Source: Sinorhizobium meliloti (lineage in GTDB: Bacteria; Pseudomonadota; Alphaproteobacteria; Rhizobiales; Rhizobiaceae). From it: a stretch of 32,000 bases of DNA. Location of the stretch: NCBI RefSeq assembly GCF_017876815.1, contig NZ_JAGIOS010000001.1:1230001-1262000 (forward strand), given 5' to 3'. The notes beneath the pieces were generated by a model, which ran no database searches, was not told where the DNA came from, and was given only the letters and a program-made list of their open reading frames with translations. This document shows, piece after piece, positions 23,689 to 32,000 of the stretch. The stretch's first letter is position 1, and the number at the start of each line of letters is the position of its first letter. The position numbers were made by a program, and so were the translations under genes.

Positions 23689-24939
23689 ATGCGCTACTCT
23701 GCACTTTCCATCCTCCTGAACGGCCTGCGCGGCAACCGGAACTGGGCCCCGGCATGGCGCCAGCCCGATCCGAAGCCCCATTACGACGTGATCATCGTCG
23801 GCGGCGGTGGCCATGGCCTGGCGACGGCATACTATCTCGCAAAGGAATTCGGCATCACCAATGTCGCGGTGCTGGAAAAGAACTATATCGGCTCGGGCAA
23901 TGTCGGCCGCAACACGACGATTATCCGCTCGAACTACCTGCTCCCCGGCAACAACCCGTTCTACGAGCTCTCCATGAAGCTCTGGGAGGGGCTGGAGCAG
24001 GACTTCAACTTCAACGCCATGGTCTCGCAGCGCGGCGTTCTCAACCTCTTCCATTCCGACGCTCAGCGCGACGCCTACACGCGGCGCGGCAATGCGATGC
24101 GGCTGCACGGGGTGGACGCGGAACTCCTTTATCGGGCGGCCGTGCGCAAGATGCTGCCCTTCCTCGATTTCGACAATGCCCGCTTCCCCATTCAGGGCGG
24201 GCTCTTGCAGCGCCGCGGCGGCACCGTGCGGCACGATGCCGTCGCCTGGGGCTATGCACGCGGCGCAGACAGCCGCGGGGTCGACATCATCCAGAATTGC
24301 GAAGTGACCGGGATCAGGCGGGAAAACGGGCGCGTCATCGGCGTCGAGACCAGCCGCGGCTTCATCGGCTGTGCAAAGCTGGCGCTGGCGGCGGCCGGCA
24401 ATTCCTCGCAAGTCGCCGAAATGGCCGGACTGCGCCTGCCGATCGAGAGCCACGTGCTTCAGGCTTTCGTGTCGGAGGGCCTGAAGCCGTTCATCGACGG
24501 CGTGGTCACGTTCGGAGCCGGGCACTTCTACGTTTCGCAATCGGACAAGGGCGGCCTGGTCTTCGGTGGCGATATCGACGGCTACAACTCCTACGCCCAG
24601 CGCGGCAACCTCGCGACCGTGGAACACGTGGCGGAAGCCGGCAAGGCGATGATCCCGGCATTGTCGCGGGTGCGCGTGCTGCGTTCCTGGGGCGGTATCA
24701 TGGACATGAGCATGGACGGCTCGCCGATCATCGACCGCACGCCGATAGACAATCTCTATCTGAATGCCGGCTGGTGCTATGGAGGGTTCAAGGCCACCCC
24801 CGCCTCAGGATTCTGCTTCGCCCATCTTCTCGCCCGGGGCGCGCCGCAGAAGACCGCCGCAGCTTTTCGCCTCGACCGTTTCGAGCGCGGCTTCCTCATC
24901 GACGAAAAGGGACAGGGCGCTCAGCCCAACCTTCACTGA
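23689..24939 (+). CDS. soxB: Sarcosine oxidase beta-subunit family protein; by context N-methylglutamate dehydrogenase subunit (MgdA-type)
   Basis: 416 aa from ATG 23689 (MRYSALSILLNGL, a typical SoxB N-terminus). FAD motif DVIIVGGGGHGLATAYYLA. The TTG at 23656 used by the track lacks a suitably spaced SD. Confidence 0.88.
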   Translation: MRYSALSILLNGLRGNRNWAPAWRQPDPKPHYDVIIVGGGGHGLATAYYLAKEFGITNVAVLEKNYIGSGNVGRNTTIIRSNYLLPGNNPFYELSMKLWEGLEQDFNFNAMVSQRGVLNLFHSDAQRDAYTRRGNAMRLHGVDAELLYRAAVRKMLPFLDFDNARFPIQGGLLQRRGGTVRHDAVAWGYARGADSRGVDIIQNCEVTGIRRENGRVIGVETSRGFIGCAKLALAAAGNSSQVAEMAGLRLPIESHVLQAFVSEGLKPFIDGVVTFGAGHFYVSQSDKGGLVFGGDIDGYNSYAQRGNLATVEHVAEAGKAMIPALSRVRVLRSWGGIMDMSMDGSPIIDRTPIDNLYLNAGWCYGGFKATPASGFCFAHLLARGAPQKTAAAFRLDRFERGFLIDEKGQGAQPNLH

Positions 24940-24964
24940 TTTCGCGGACCAAGGAACATCCCAA

Positions 24965-25243
24965 ATGGCAAGCCTCGTGCCCTGCCCGAATTGCGGGCGA
25001 AGACCCAAGGAAGAATTCACGATCAAGGGCGCGGCCCTGTCGCGACCGGAGGCCGACGCGGATTCGATCGATTGGTTCGACTACGTCTACCTGCGCGAGA
25101 ACCCGCGCGGCGCCTACGAGGAATACTGGCACCACACGTCCGGGTGCCGCCGCTGGCTCGTCGTTGCCCGGGACACCGTGACGCATGAGATTGCAGCGTG
25201 CTGCGATGCGGCCGGCCGCGCTCGATCGGAGGCGCGCAAATGA
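24965..25243 (+). CDS. soxD: Sarcosine oxidase delta-subunit family protein (MgdB-type by context)
   Basis: 92 aa from ATG 24965. Zn-binding-type pattern CPNCG...HHTSGC. The stop overlaps the alpha-subunit start (ATGA at 25240-25243). Confidence 0.85.
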   Translation: MASLVPCPNCGRRPKEEFTIKGAALSRPEADADSIDWFDYVYLRENPRGAYEEYWHHTSGCRRWLVVARDTVTHEIAACCDAAGRARSEARK

Positions 25244-28203
25244 GCTCCTACCGTCTGCCGAAACGCGGTCTTGTCGACCGCAACGTCCCGCTCTCCTTTA
25301 CCTTCGACGGCCGCCCCATGCAGGGCCTGGAAGGCGACACGCTCGCCTCGGCACTGCTTGCGAACGGTCGGATGCTCGTCGGCCGCAGCTTCAAATATCA
25401 CCGGCCCCGCGGGATCCTGACGGCGGGGGCCGCCGAACCGAACGCGCTGGTCACCGTGGGCCGCGGCGGCCGCGCCGAGCCGAACACGCGCGCCACCATG
25501 CAGGAGCTCTACGAGGGTCTCGAGGCGCGGAGCCAGAACCGCTGGCCCTCGCTCGCCTTCGATATCGGTGCGCTGAACGGTCTGCTGTCACCTTTCCTCG
25601 GCGCCGGCTTCTACTACAAGACGTTCATGTGGCCGGCGCCGCTCTGGGAGAAGCTCTACGAACCGGTCATCCGCAGGGCCGCCGGACTCGGCAAGGCAAG
25701 CTACGAAGCGGATCCCGACGCCTATGAGAAGAGCTGGGCACATTGCGACCTGCTGGTCATCGGCGCCGGTCCGACGGGACTTGCCGCGGCACTCACCGCC
25801 GGCCGCGCCGGCGCACGGGTCATTCTCGTCGACGAGGGCTCGCTGCCTGGCGGCTCGCTCCTGTCCGATACGGCGACGATCGACGGCAAGGCGGCGGCTG
25901 ATTTCGCCCGCGACACGAGCGACGAACTGCGGTCGATGCCGAATGTCCAAGTCCTGGTACGGACGACCGCCTTCGGCCGGTATGACGGCAACGTCTTCGG
26001 CGCGGTCGAGCGCGTGCAGAAGCATGTGCGCGAGCCCGCCAGCCATCTGCCTGTCGAGAGGCTGTGGCGGATCGTTGCCGGAAAGGCCCTGCTTGCGACA
26101 GGCGCCGAAGAGCGCCCGCTCGTCTTCGGCGGCAACGATCGTCCGGGCGTGATGATGGCAGGCGCGATGCGCGCCTATCTCAACCGCTACGGCGTCGCCC
26201 CGGGCCGGACGCCCGCCATCTTCACCACCAATGACACCGGCTATACGCTCGCGCAGGAGCTCGAGGCCGCGGGCGTCGACGTCGTCGCCATCGTCGACAG
26301 CCGCCCGGCGGCCGGCGTCGACTATCGCGGCAAAGCACGCCTTGTCCGGGAAGCGGTGGTTTGCGGCACCAAGGGCGGCAAGGCGATCTCGGCGATCGAA
26401 GTCCATCACGGCGGTCGGACCGAAACGATCGCGGTCGATGCGCTCGCCATGGCGGGCGGCTTCGACCCGATCATCCATCTTGCCTGCCACCGGGGCGGCA
26501 AGCCCGTCTGGTCTGCGGAAAAGGCGGCATTTCTCGCGCCCGGGAGCTTGAAGGGGCTCGAGGTTGCCGGCGGTGCAGCAGCGACGACGGGCCTCGCTGC
26601 CTGCCTCGGCGAAGGCGCCGCCCGCGCTGAAGCCATCGTCAGGGAGCTCGGTCTGCCCTGCCCCCCGGTCGCCGTTGTGAAGGTCGAGAGCGAGGAAGGG
26701 ATACGTTCCCCTGCCCCGCTCTGGTCGATCCCCGGTATCAAGGACAAAGCCTTCGTCGATTTCCAGAACGACGTGCATCTCAAGGATATCGGCCTGGCCG
26801 TCCGCGAAGGCTACAGCCATGTCGAGCTTGCCAAGCGCTACACCACCAGCGGCATGGCGACGGACCAGGGCAAGCTTTCGAACGTCAATGCGATCGGGTT
26901 GATCGCCAAGGCACGCGGCGTCTCGCCCGCCGAGGTCGGGACGACGACCTTCCGCCCTTTCTACACGCCGGTATCCTTCGGTGCGCTGACCGGCGCGCAT
27001 ACGGGCCATCATTTCCAGCCGGTCCGCAAATCGCCGCTCCATGATTGGGCAAAGAAACACGGTGCCGTCTTCGTTGAGACGGGTCTCTGGTATCGATCCT
27101 CCTGGTTTCCGCGGAGCGGTGAACGGACATGGCGGGAGAGCGTCGAGCGAGAAGTGCTGAACGTGCGGAAGAATGCCGGACTCTGCGACGTCTCGATGCT
27201 CGGCAAGATCGAGATAACAGGAAGCGACGCCGCCGAATTCCTCAATCGCGTATACTGCAACGCCTTCCTCAAACTGCCCGTCGGAAAGGCGCGTTACGGG
27301 CTTATGCTGCGCGAGGACGGCTTCATCTACGACGACGGCACGACCAGCCGCCTCGAGGAGAACCGCTTTTTCATGACGACGACCACCGCCTATGCGGCCG
27401 GCGTCATGAACCACCTCGAATTCTGTGCGCAGGTGCTCTGGCCGCAACTGGACGTGCGTCTCGCCTCCATCACCGACCAGTGGGCGCAAATGGCGATTGC
27501 CGGTCCGAAGGCACGCATGATCCTGCAGAAGATCGTCGATGAGGATATATCCGACGCGGCGTTCCCGTTTCTTGCAGCGAAGGAGGTTTCGCTGTTCGGA
27601 GGCGCCCTTCACGGCTGCCTCTTTCGGATTTCCTTCTCCGGCGAACTCGCCTACGAACTTGCGGTTCCGGCCGGCTATGGCGAGAGCATCGCCGATGCCC
27701 TCCTGGAGGCGGGGAAGGATCACGGCATCATGCCTTACGGCGTCGAGACGCTCAGCGTTCTGCGCATCGAGAAGGGCCATGTGACGCACAACGAGATCAA
27801 CGGCACCATCGTGCCGGCCGATCTGGGCTTCGGGAAAATGGTTTCGGCCGGCAAACCGGATTTCGTCGGCAAGGCGATGCTTCAGCGGGAGGGGCTGACC
27901 GCGCCCGACCGGCCGCAGCTGGTGGGCGTCGTGCCGCTCGATCCGCAACAGTCGTTCCGCAGCGGCTCGCACATTCTCGCCAAGGGGGCGGCAGCCACGC
28001 TCGAAAACGACGAGGGCTATGTCACCTCGAGCGCCTATTCGCCGCATGTCGGATCCACCATCGCGCTGGCACTGGTCAGGAACGGCCGCAACCGTCACGG
28101 CGAAGAGGTGCTGGTCTGGAGTGGCCTTCACGGAGAATCCACGCCTGCGCGTCTCTGCAATCCGGTTTTCTTCGACCCTCAGAACGAGAGGCTCCATGTC
28201 TGA
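25240..28203 (+). CDS. soxA: Sarcosine oxidase alpha-subunit family protein (MgdC-type by context), with a C-terminal GcvT-like THF-binding region
   Basis: 987 aa from ATG 25240, with GGAGG 7 nt upstream. Dinucleotide-binding motif DLLVIGAGPTGLAAAL. C-terminal GcvT-like motifs AGLCDVSMLGKIEITG and SFSGELAYELAV. Confidence 0.9.
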   Translation: MSSYRLPKRGLVDRNVPLSFTFDGRPMQGLEGDTLASALLANGRMLVGRSFKYHRPRGILTAGAAEPNALVTVGRGGRAEPNTRATMQELYEGLEARSQNRWPSLAFDIGALNGLLSPFLGAGFYYKTFMWPAPLWEKLYEPVIRRAAGLGKASYEADPDAYEKSWAHCDLLVIGAGPTGLAAALTAGRAGARVILVDEGSLPGGSLLSDTATIDGKAAADFARDTSDELRSMPNVQVLVRTTAFGRYDGNVFGAVERVQKHVREPASHLPVERLWRIVAGKALLATGAEERPLVFGGNDRPGVMMAGAMRAYLNRYGVAPGRTPAIFTTNDTGYTLAQELEAAGVDVVAIVDSRPAAGVDYRGKARLVREAVVCGTKGGKAISAIEVHHGGRTETIAVDALAMAGGFDPIIHLACHRGGKPVWSAEKAAFLAPGSLKGLEVAGGAAATTGLAACLGEGAARAEAIVRELGLPCPPVAVVKVESEEGIRSPAPLWSIPGIKDKAFVDFQNDVHLKDIGLAVREGYSHVELAKRYTTSGMATDQGKLSNVNAIGLIAKARGVSPAEVGTTTFRPFYTPVSFGALTGAHTGHHFQPVRKSPLHDWAKKHGAVFVETGLWYRSSWFPRSGERTWRESVEREVLNVRKNAGLCDVSMLGKIEITGSDAAEFLNRVYCNAFLKLPVGKARYGLMLREDGFIYDDGTTSRLEENRFFMTTTTAYAAGVMNHLEFCAQVLWPQLDVRLASITDQWAQMAIAGPKARMILQKIVDEDISDAAFPFLAAKEVSLFGGALHGCLFRISFSGELAYELAVPAGYGESIADALLEAGKDHGIMPYGVETLSVLRIEKGHVTHNEINGTIVPADLGFGKMVSAGKPDFVGKAMLQREGLTAPDRPQLVGVVPLDPQQSFRSGSHILAKGAAATLENDEGYVTSSAYSPHVGSTIALALVRNGRNRHGEEVLVWSGLHGESTPARLCNPVFFDPQNERLHV

Positions 28204-28729
28204 ATTCCGTCCAACCCTTCGCCCGGCGCTCGGCAGCCGGCAGGCGGTCGCTTCCGCCGATTTCAGGCTCTCGCCACTGCCGGAAGGCACGATCATCCAT
28301 GTTCTCGCCCGGCCGGGTCAGGAGGACATCGTGCCCTTTCTCGGCAGGTTCACCGATGCGGCTCCGCACGCTTTGCGCCCGGTTTCGCCCGACCAGTGGT
28401 TCATCATCAGCGACGCACCTATCCCGCATCAGGAAATGAAGAGCCTCTTTGCCGCCCTCGAACCGCGCGCCACCGGTGTCGATCAGAGCCACGGCCGCGT
28501 GCGCATCCGGATCGAGGGAAAGATGGCGCATCGCGCGCTTTCGAAAGGCACAGCGCTCGACCTTGACCCGTCCGCATTCCCGATCGGTCAATCCGCGGTG
28601 ACACTGGTCGGCCATATCGCAGCCCATGTCACCCGCGTCGGAGCGGAAACCTTCGAGATCATCGTGCTGCGCGGCTTTGCCGAAAGTCTCTGGAACGATC
28701 TTGCCCGAATGGGCCTGGAATTCGGCTGA
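28196..28729 (+). CDS. soxG: Sarcosine oxidase gamma-subunit family protein (MgdD-type by context)
   Basis: 177 aa from ATG 28196, overlapping the soxA stop by 8 nt. Size and position are as in soxBDAG operons. Confidence 0.8.
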   Translation: MSEFRPTLRPALGSRQAVASADFRLSPLPEGTIIHVLARPGQEDIVPFLGRFTDAAPHALRPVSPDQWFIISDAPIPHQEMKSLFAALEPRATGVDQSHGRVRIRIEGKMAHRALSKGTALDLDPSAFPIGQSAVTLVGHIAAHVTRVGAETFEIIVLRGFAESLWNDLARMGLEFG

Positions 28730-28751
28730 ACCCCACTGTCGGAGAGCGAAC

Positions 28752-29672
28752 ATGACGACGATCATCGACGGCAAGGCCGTAGCGGCTTCCATCAACGGCG
28801 CGATAAAAGACGCAAATGCCGAGCTGCAGGAGCAGACAGGCAGGAAAACCGGACTTTCCGTCATTATCGTCGGCGACGATCCCGCAAGTCATGCCTATGT
28901 CGGCGCAAAAAGCCGCATGGCCAAGGAGTGCGGCTTCTTTTCGGTCCAGCACACGCTGCCGAAGGAAACGACACAGCAGGAGCTTGCGGGCCTGGTGCAT
29001 CAACTGAACGCTGATGACGGCATCCATGGAATTCTCGTGCAGCTGCCTTTGCCGGAGCACCTGGACGCAGATGCCATCATTCAGTCGATCCGGCCCGAAA
29101 AGGACGTCGACGGCCTGCATGTTGCCAATGCCGGAAAGCTCGCAACCGGCGACCTGGAGAGCGGCCTGATCTCCTGCACCCCGGCAGGCGCGATGGTCTT
29201 TGTGCGCCGCGTGCACGGCCGCGACCTTTCCGGCCTGAATGCGCTGGTCATCGGTCGTTCCAATCTCTTCGGCAAACCGATGGCGCAGCTGCTGCTGAAT
29301 GCCAATGCGACGGTGACGATCGCCCATTCCCGCACCAGCGATCTGGCCTCGATCTGCCGCAACGCCGATATCGTGATCGCCGCCGTCGGCCGGCCCGAAA
29401 TGGTCAAGGCGAACTGGTTGAAGACGGGCGCCACCGTCATCGATGTCGGGATCAACCGTGTTCCCGCACCTGAGAAGGGGGAGAACAGGACGAGGCTGGT
29501 CGGCGACGTCGCTTTCGCGGAGTGCGCACCATTCGCATCGGCTATTACGCCGGTTCCGGGCGGCGTCGGACCGATGACCATCGCCATGTTGATGGCCAAC
29601 AGCGTGATTGCAGCTCACAGAGCATCCGGCCTGAAGGTGTCCGAACGGCTCTCGAAGCTGATATCCGGCTGA
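28752..29672 (+). CDS. folD: Bifunctional methylenetetrahydrofolate dehydrogenase (NADP+) / methenyltetrahydrofolate cyclohydrolase
   Basis: 306 aa. [13 protein letters not shown]-terminus, with [18 protein letters not shown] and [10 protein letters not shown] motifs. It lies 22 nt after soxG, with GGAGAG as SD. Confidence 0.93.
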   Translation: MTTIIDGKAVAASINGAIKDANAELQEQTGRKTGLSVIIVGDDPASHAYVGAKSRMAKECGFFSVQHTLPKETTQQELAGLVHQLNADDGIHGILVQLPLPEHLDADAIIQSIRPEKDVDGLHVANAGKLATGDLESGLISCTPAGAMVFVRRVHGRDLSGLNALVIGRSNLFGKPMAQLLLNANATVTIAHSRTSDLASICRNADIVIAAVGRPEMVKANWLKTGATVIDVGINRVPAPEKGENRTRLVGDVAFAECAPFASAITPVPGGVGPMTIAMLMANSVIAAHRASGLKVSERLSKLISG

Positions 29673-29765
29673 GAGCCGTGGGGTCGCTGCAGGCGTCGTC
29701 GCAATTATCCAAATACGACTTCCCGATCATCGCTAAACGTCGCAACGACCTTGGGCCGGAATGCT

Positions 29766-30062
29766 TTACAGATAGATGCCCAGGCAGAGAATCGAAACGG
29801 CCAGCATCGGCAACCGCTGCCTCTTCACGCGAAACAGAGGGGCGATTGCAAGGGCCGCGAGGGAGGCGACCGCTGCAGCAAGAACGCTTCCGGCAGAGAG
29901 GTACAGACCCAACGCTCCGACGAAAACCGCGGCTCCGACAGTCGTCTCGGCGGCGGATTGCCAGTTATAGGGGTCAGCGCGAAAAGCCGCGAGAAACGCG
30001 GGACCGCTCAAGCCTAAAGCGAGCCAAATCAGCACGGAGGAGGAGAAGCCGAAGAAATCCAA
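29766..30062 (-). CDS. Possible small membrane protein (98 aa, about 3 predicted TM helices)
   Basis: Hydrophobic ORF with moderately GC-rich third codon positions, but a TTG start and no convincing SD. Overlapping plus-strand ORFs look non-coding. Confidence 0.4.
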   Translation of the reverse strand: MDFFGFSSSVLIWLALGLSGPAFLAAFRADPYNWQSAAETTVGAAVFVGALGLYLSAGSVLAAAVASLAALAIAPLFRVKRQRLPMLAVSILCLGIYL

Positions 30063-30343
30063 GTTGCACCCGTACCCGACTGTGGTCGTGTTACGGAAGC
30101 AGTTTTCATGCCAACTTCCAGCCCCGGCAGGAATGGACTACAGCAACGAACGATTAGCACGCGATGCCACGGCGATCGCTACGCCGAGGCACTTCTCCTC
30201 TGTCCGCGTCATCGCGCCCGCTCACACTGGCCGATTTCCGAAATGTCGCGGGAACCACACAGAAATCCGTCCGTGCTATTGCCTCGCCCTTTTTATAGGC
30301 ACATAAGCTTCGAAAAATAAGCAACTGCATCCGACGCCCGCAA

Positions 30344-31492
30344 ATGATTGTCCCCCCTCCGCCACACGATCGAAAGTCCGGCCGTTTGCCGAGATTCAAG
30401 CTGTTCTCGCCAATTCTGGCGGGTGCAACGCTCAAAGAGCGCTTGATCGGCTGTATCGGGGCGTTGATCGGGATTTGTGTCACCGGCCTGGTCTGCGGGT
30501 TCGTTTTCGGGGACGACCCCCAACTGCCGCTGATCGTCGCGCCCATCGGTGCCTCCGCGGTTTTGCTCTTCGCCGTGCCGGCCAGTCCGCTTGCGCAGCC
30601 TTGGTCGATCATCGGCGGGAACACGATTTCCGCCCTGATCGGCGTCTCCGTGACCTATATCGTGGCGGACCAGATGCTTGCCATCGGCCTCGCAGTCGCT
30701 CTGGCGATTCTTGCGATGTCGCTGACGCGATCGCTTCACCCGCCAGGAGGCGCCGCCGCGCTGACCGCCGTAATCGGTGGAGCCGCGGTCGCACGCTCGG
30801 GTTTCTGGTTCCCGTTCATACCCGTTGCGATCAACTCCTTGATCCTCGTCGGATTGGGCATGGTGTTTCATCGGCTGGCCCGCCGCCAATATCCTCATCG
30901 ACCCGGAGTTGCGCCGGTGAATACACATGCGACGGCGGATCCTCCACCTGCGCTTCGTGTCGGCTTCAATTCCGAGGACATAGACTCGGCAATAGCGCGG
31001 TTGAATGAAACACTCGATGTCAGCCGCGAAGACATCGATGCCCTCTTGAGGGAAGTCGAACTGCAGGCCCTCATCCGGCAGAGGGGAGAGTTGACCTGTG
31101 CCGACATCATGTCCCGCGACGTCGTAACCGTGCCCGGCGACACAACCCCTGACCATGCTCGATACCTGTTGTTGAAGCACGACATTCGTACACTTCCCGT
31201 GCTTGACGAAAACGAGAAGCTTCAGGGTACGGTGGGCCTGCGGGAGCTCGCCGGCAAAGAGCCCGGCAGCAAATTGCCGATAAGCGCGGCGGCTACCGCC
31301 AGGCCATCCGACCCGGCGATCGGCCTGCTTCCCCGCCTCACGGACGGGGCGACACACGCCGTCGTCATTCTTGACGACGACGGCAAGGTCGTGGGCATCA
31401 TATCCCAGACCGACCTGCTCGCGACTTTGGCCAAAAGTCTCTCGCATAATGGTCTGTCCGAAATAATGCAGGGCAACGGGCAGGGCATCTGA
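30344..31492 (+). CDS. HPP-family membrane protein fused to a CBS-domain pair
   Basis: 382 aa. N-terminal multi-TM HPP domain with the signature LHPPGGAAAL. The C-terminal ~130 aa carry two CBS-like repeats (IMSRDVVTVPGDT..., AVVILDDDGKVVGIISQTDLL). No clear SD. Confidence 0.8.
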   Translation: MIVPPPPHDRKSGRLPRFKLFSPILAGATLKERLIGCIGALIGICVTGLVCGFVFGDDPQLPLIVAPIGASAVLLFAVPASPLAQPWSIIGGNTISALIGVSVTYIVADQMLAIGLAVALAILAMSLTRSLHPPGGAAALTAVIGGAAVARSGFWFPFIPVAINSLILVGLGMVFHRLARRQYPHRPGVAPVNTHATADPPPALRVGFNSEDIDSAIARLNETLDVSREDIDALLREVELQALIRQRGELTCADIMSRDVVTVPGDTTPDHARYLLLKHDIRTLPVLDENEKLQGTVGLRELAGKEPGSKLPISAAATARPSDPAIGLLPRLTDGATHAVVILDDDGKVVGIISQTDLLATLAKSLSHNGLSEIMQGNGQGI

Positions 31493-31540
31493 AGCCCCGG
31501 CCAAAGAATATTATATGCAGAACCAGGTCATCCGGGCGCG

Positions 31541-31897
31541 CTAGATGCGTGGTTTCGGCGCGGGTTCCCGGTCCGAGTCACCCGAATTGGGTTCCCCCTT
31601 TGGCTCTATGAGAAGAACCTTGACCTCTGTCTCTGCTCGGGGACGGTGTACAACGCCTTTCGGAACCACAAACAGCTCGCCAGCTTTGACCACCTGAGAG
31701 GGTTTTCCTTCGATATCCATGATCATTTCGCCCTCGAGGACGTAGAAGAAATCGTCCGTGGTCTCATGCTTGTGAAATGGGTATTCCCCCTTAAATTTGA
31801 CGACCATGACATCGTTGTCGTTGTAATCGGACACGACGTGCGGGTCCCAATGGCTCGAAAACAGAGCCAGCTTCTCGGAAATATTGATTGATCTCAT
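31541..31897 (-). CDS. Small cupin-domain protein
   Basis: 118 aa from ATG 31897, with AAAGGA 8 nt upstream. Cupin motifs FHKHETTDDFFYVLEGEM and GELFVVPKGVVHRP. GC content is noticeably lower than in the cluster. Confidence 0.8.
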   Translation of the reverse strand: MRSINISEKLALFSSHWDPHVVSDYNDNDVMVVKFKGEYPFHKHETTDDFFYVLEGEMIMDIEGKPSQVVKAGELFVVPKGVVHRPRAETEVKVLLIEPKGEPNSGDSDREPAPKPRI

Positions 31898-32000
31898 CGC
31901 GATATCCTTTCGGCTGTTCGCCCGCAACTATCGGTGAAGGTGACTTGATGCAACGCGAGTTCTCCGCCCCCTTCAGACGCCGGCACTGGATGCGGCGGCC

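Noticed and set aside
2488-29765. Whether the ~27 kb cluster is a mobile genomic island.
   Set aside because: There is no integrase, transposase, IS end, flanking direct repeat or tRNA gene in the window. Base composition inside the cluster looks like that of the flanking phosphoketolase gene.
30063-30343. ORFs 30064..30306 (+), 30108..30320 (+) and 30154..30624 (-) in the 281-bp gap upstream of the HPP-CBS gene, and a possible sRNA in that gap.
   Set aside because: None has an SD, the amino-acid composition is atypical and there is no third-position GC bias. I also saw no convincing promoter-plus-terminator pair for an sRNA. The gap probably holds the promoters of the flanking divergent genes.
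15-31504. Very long ORFs antisense to, or out of frame with, the called genes. Examples are 15..2318 (-), 2350..3603 (-), 2700..4325 (+), 5733..6713 (-), 8338..9921 (+), 9330..10343 (-), 9449..10627 (+), 11126..12280 (+), 18745..20886 (+), 23377..24627 (-), 23754..25181 (+), 25588..28296 (-) and 30293..31504 (-).
   Set aside because: Their translations are Arg/Ala/Gly/Pro-rich low-complexity sequence with no recognisable motifs. Each one overlaps a gene that has clear family signatures, a proper SD and GC-rich third codon positions. These are typical shadow ORFs of high-GC DNA.
31948-32000. ATG at 31948 opening a plus-strand frame (MQREFSAPFRRRHWMRR...) that runs off the window end.
   Set aside because: Only 17 codons are visible, which is too short to judge whether it is coding or to assign a family.

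Overview
High-GC, Rhizobiales-like chromosomal window with no rRNA, tRNA, CRISPR array or mobility genes detected. All family assignments come from motifs and domain order read by eye, because no BLAST or HMM search could be run. It opens with the 3' 2.4 kb of a phosphoketolase gene. From about 2.5 to 29.7 kb there is one contiguous methylated-amine catabolic supercluster in six alternating transcription units. (1) Minus strand: an APC permease next to tdm, probably TmoP-like. (2) Plus strand: tdm, TMAO demethylase (DUF1989-GcvT fusion). (3) Minus strand: an XRE-cupin regulator, purU, dmmDABC (dimethylamine monooxygenase) and tmm (TMA monooxygenase). (4) Plus strand: three tightly coupled tiny membrane-protein genes (105, 127 and 53 aa, the last absent from the ORF track), an ethanolamine-permease-like APC transporter, and two orphan genes. 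(5) Minus strand: a GlxA/AraC-type regulator, mgsABC (N-methylglutamate synthase) and gmaS (gamma-glutamylmethylamide synthetase). (6) Plus strand: soxBDAG-type genes (probably N-methylglutamate dehydrogenase, mgdABCD) and folD. The enzymology (TMA -> TMAO -> DMA -> MMA -> GMA -> NMG -> Glu, with each methyl group captured as CH2-THF and oxidised via FolD/PurU) is established knowledge. The best candidate for something undescribed is unit 4, a possible multi-subunit methylamine uptake module with two orphan membrane-associated proteins. Also of interest is an unassigned set of cis-elements: perfect palindromes, a recurrent AT-rich box, and an intra-operon terminator-like hairpin. The right flank (29.7-32 kb) holds a small membrane ORF, an HPP-CBS protein and a small cupin. 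The many long antisense ORFs in the track are GC-driven shadow frames.
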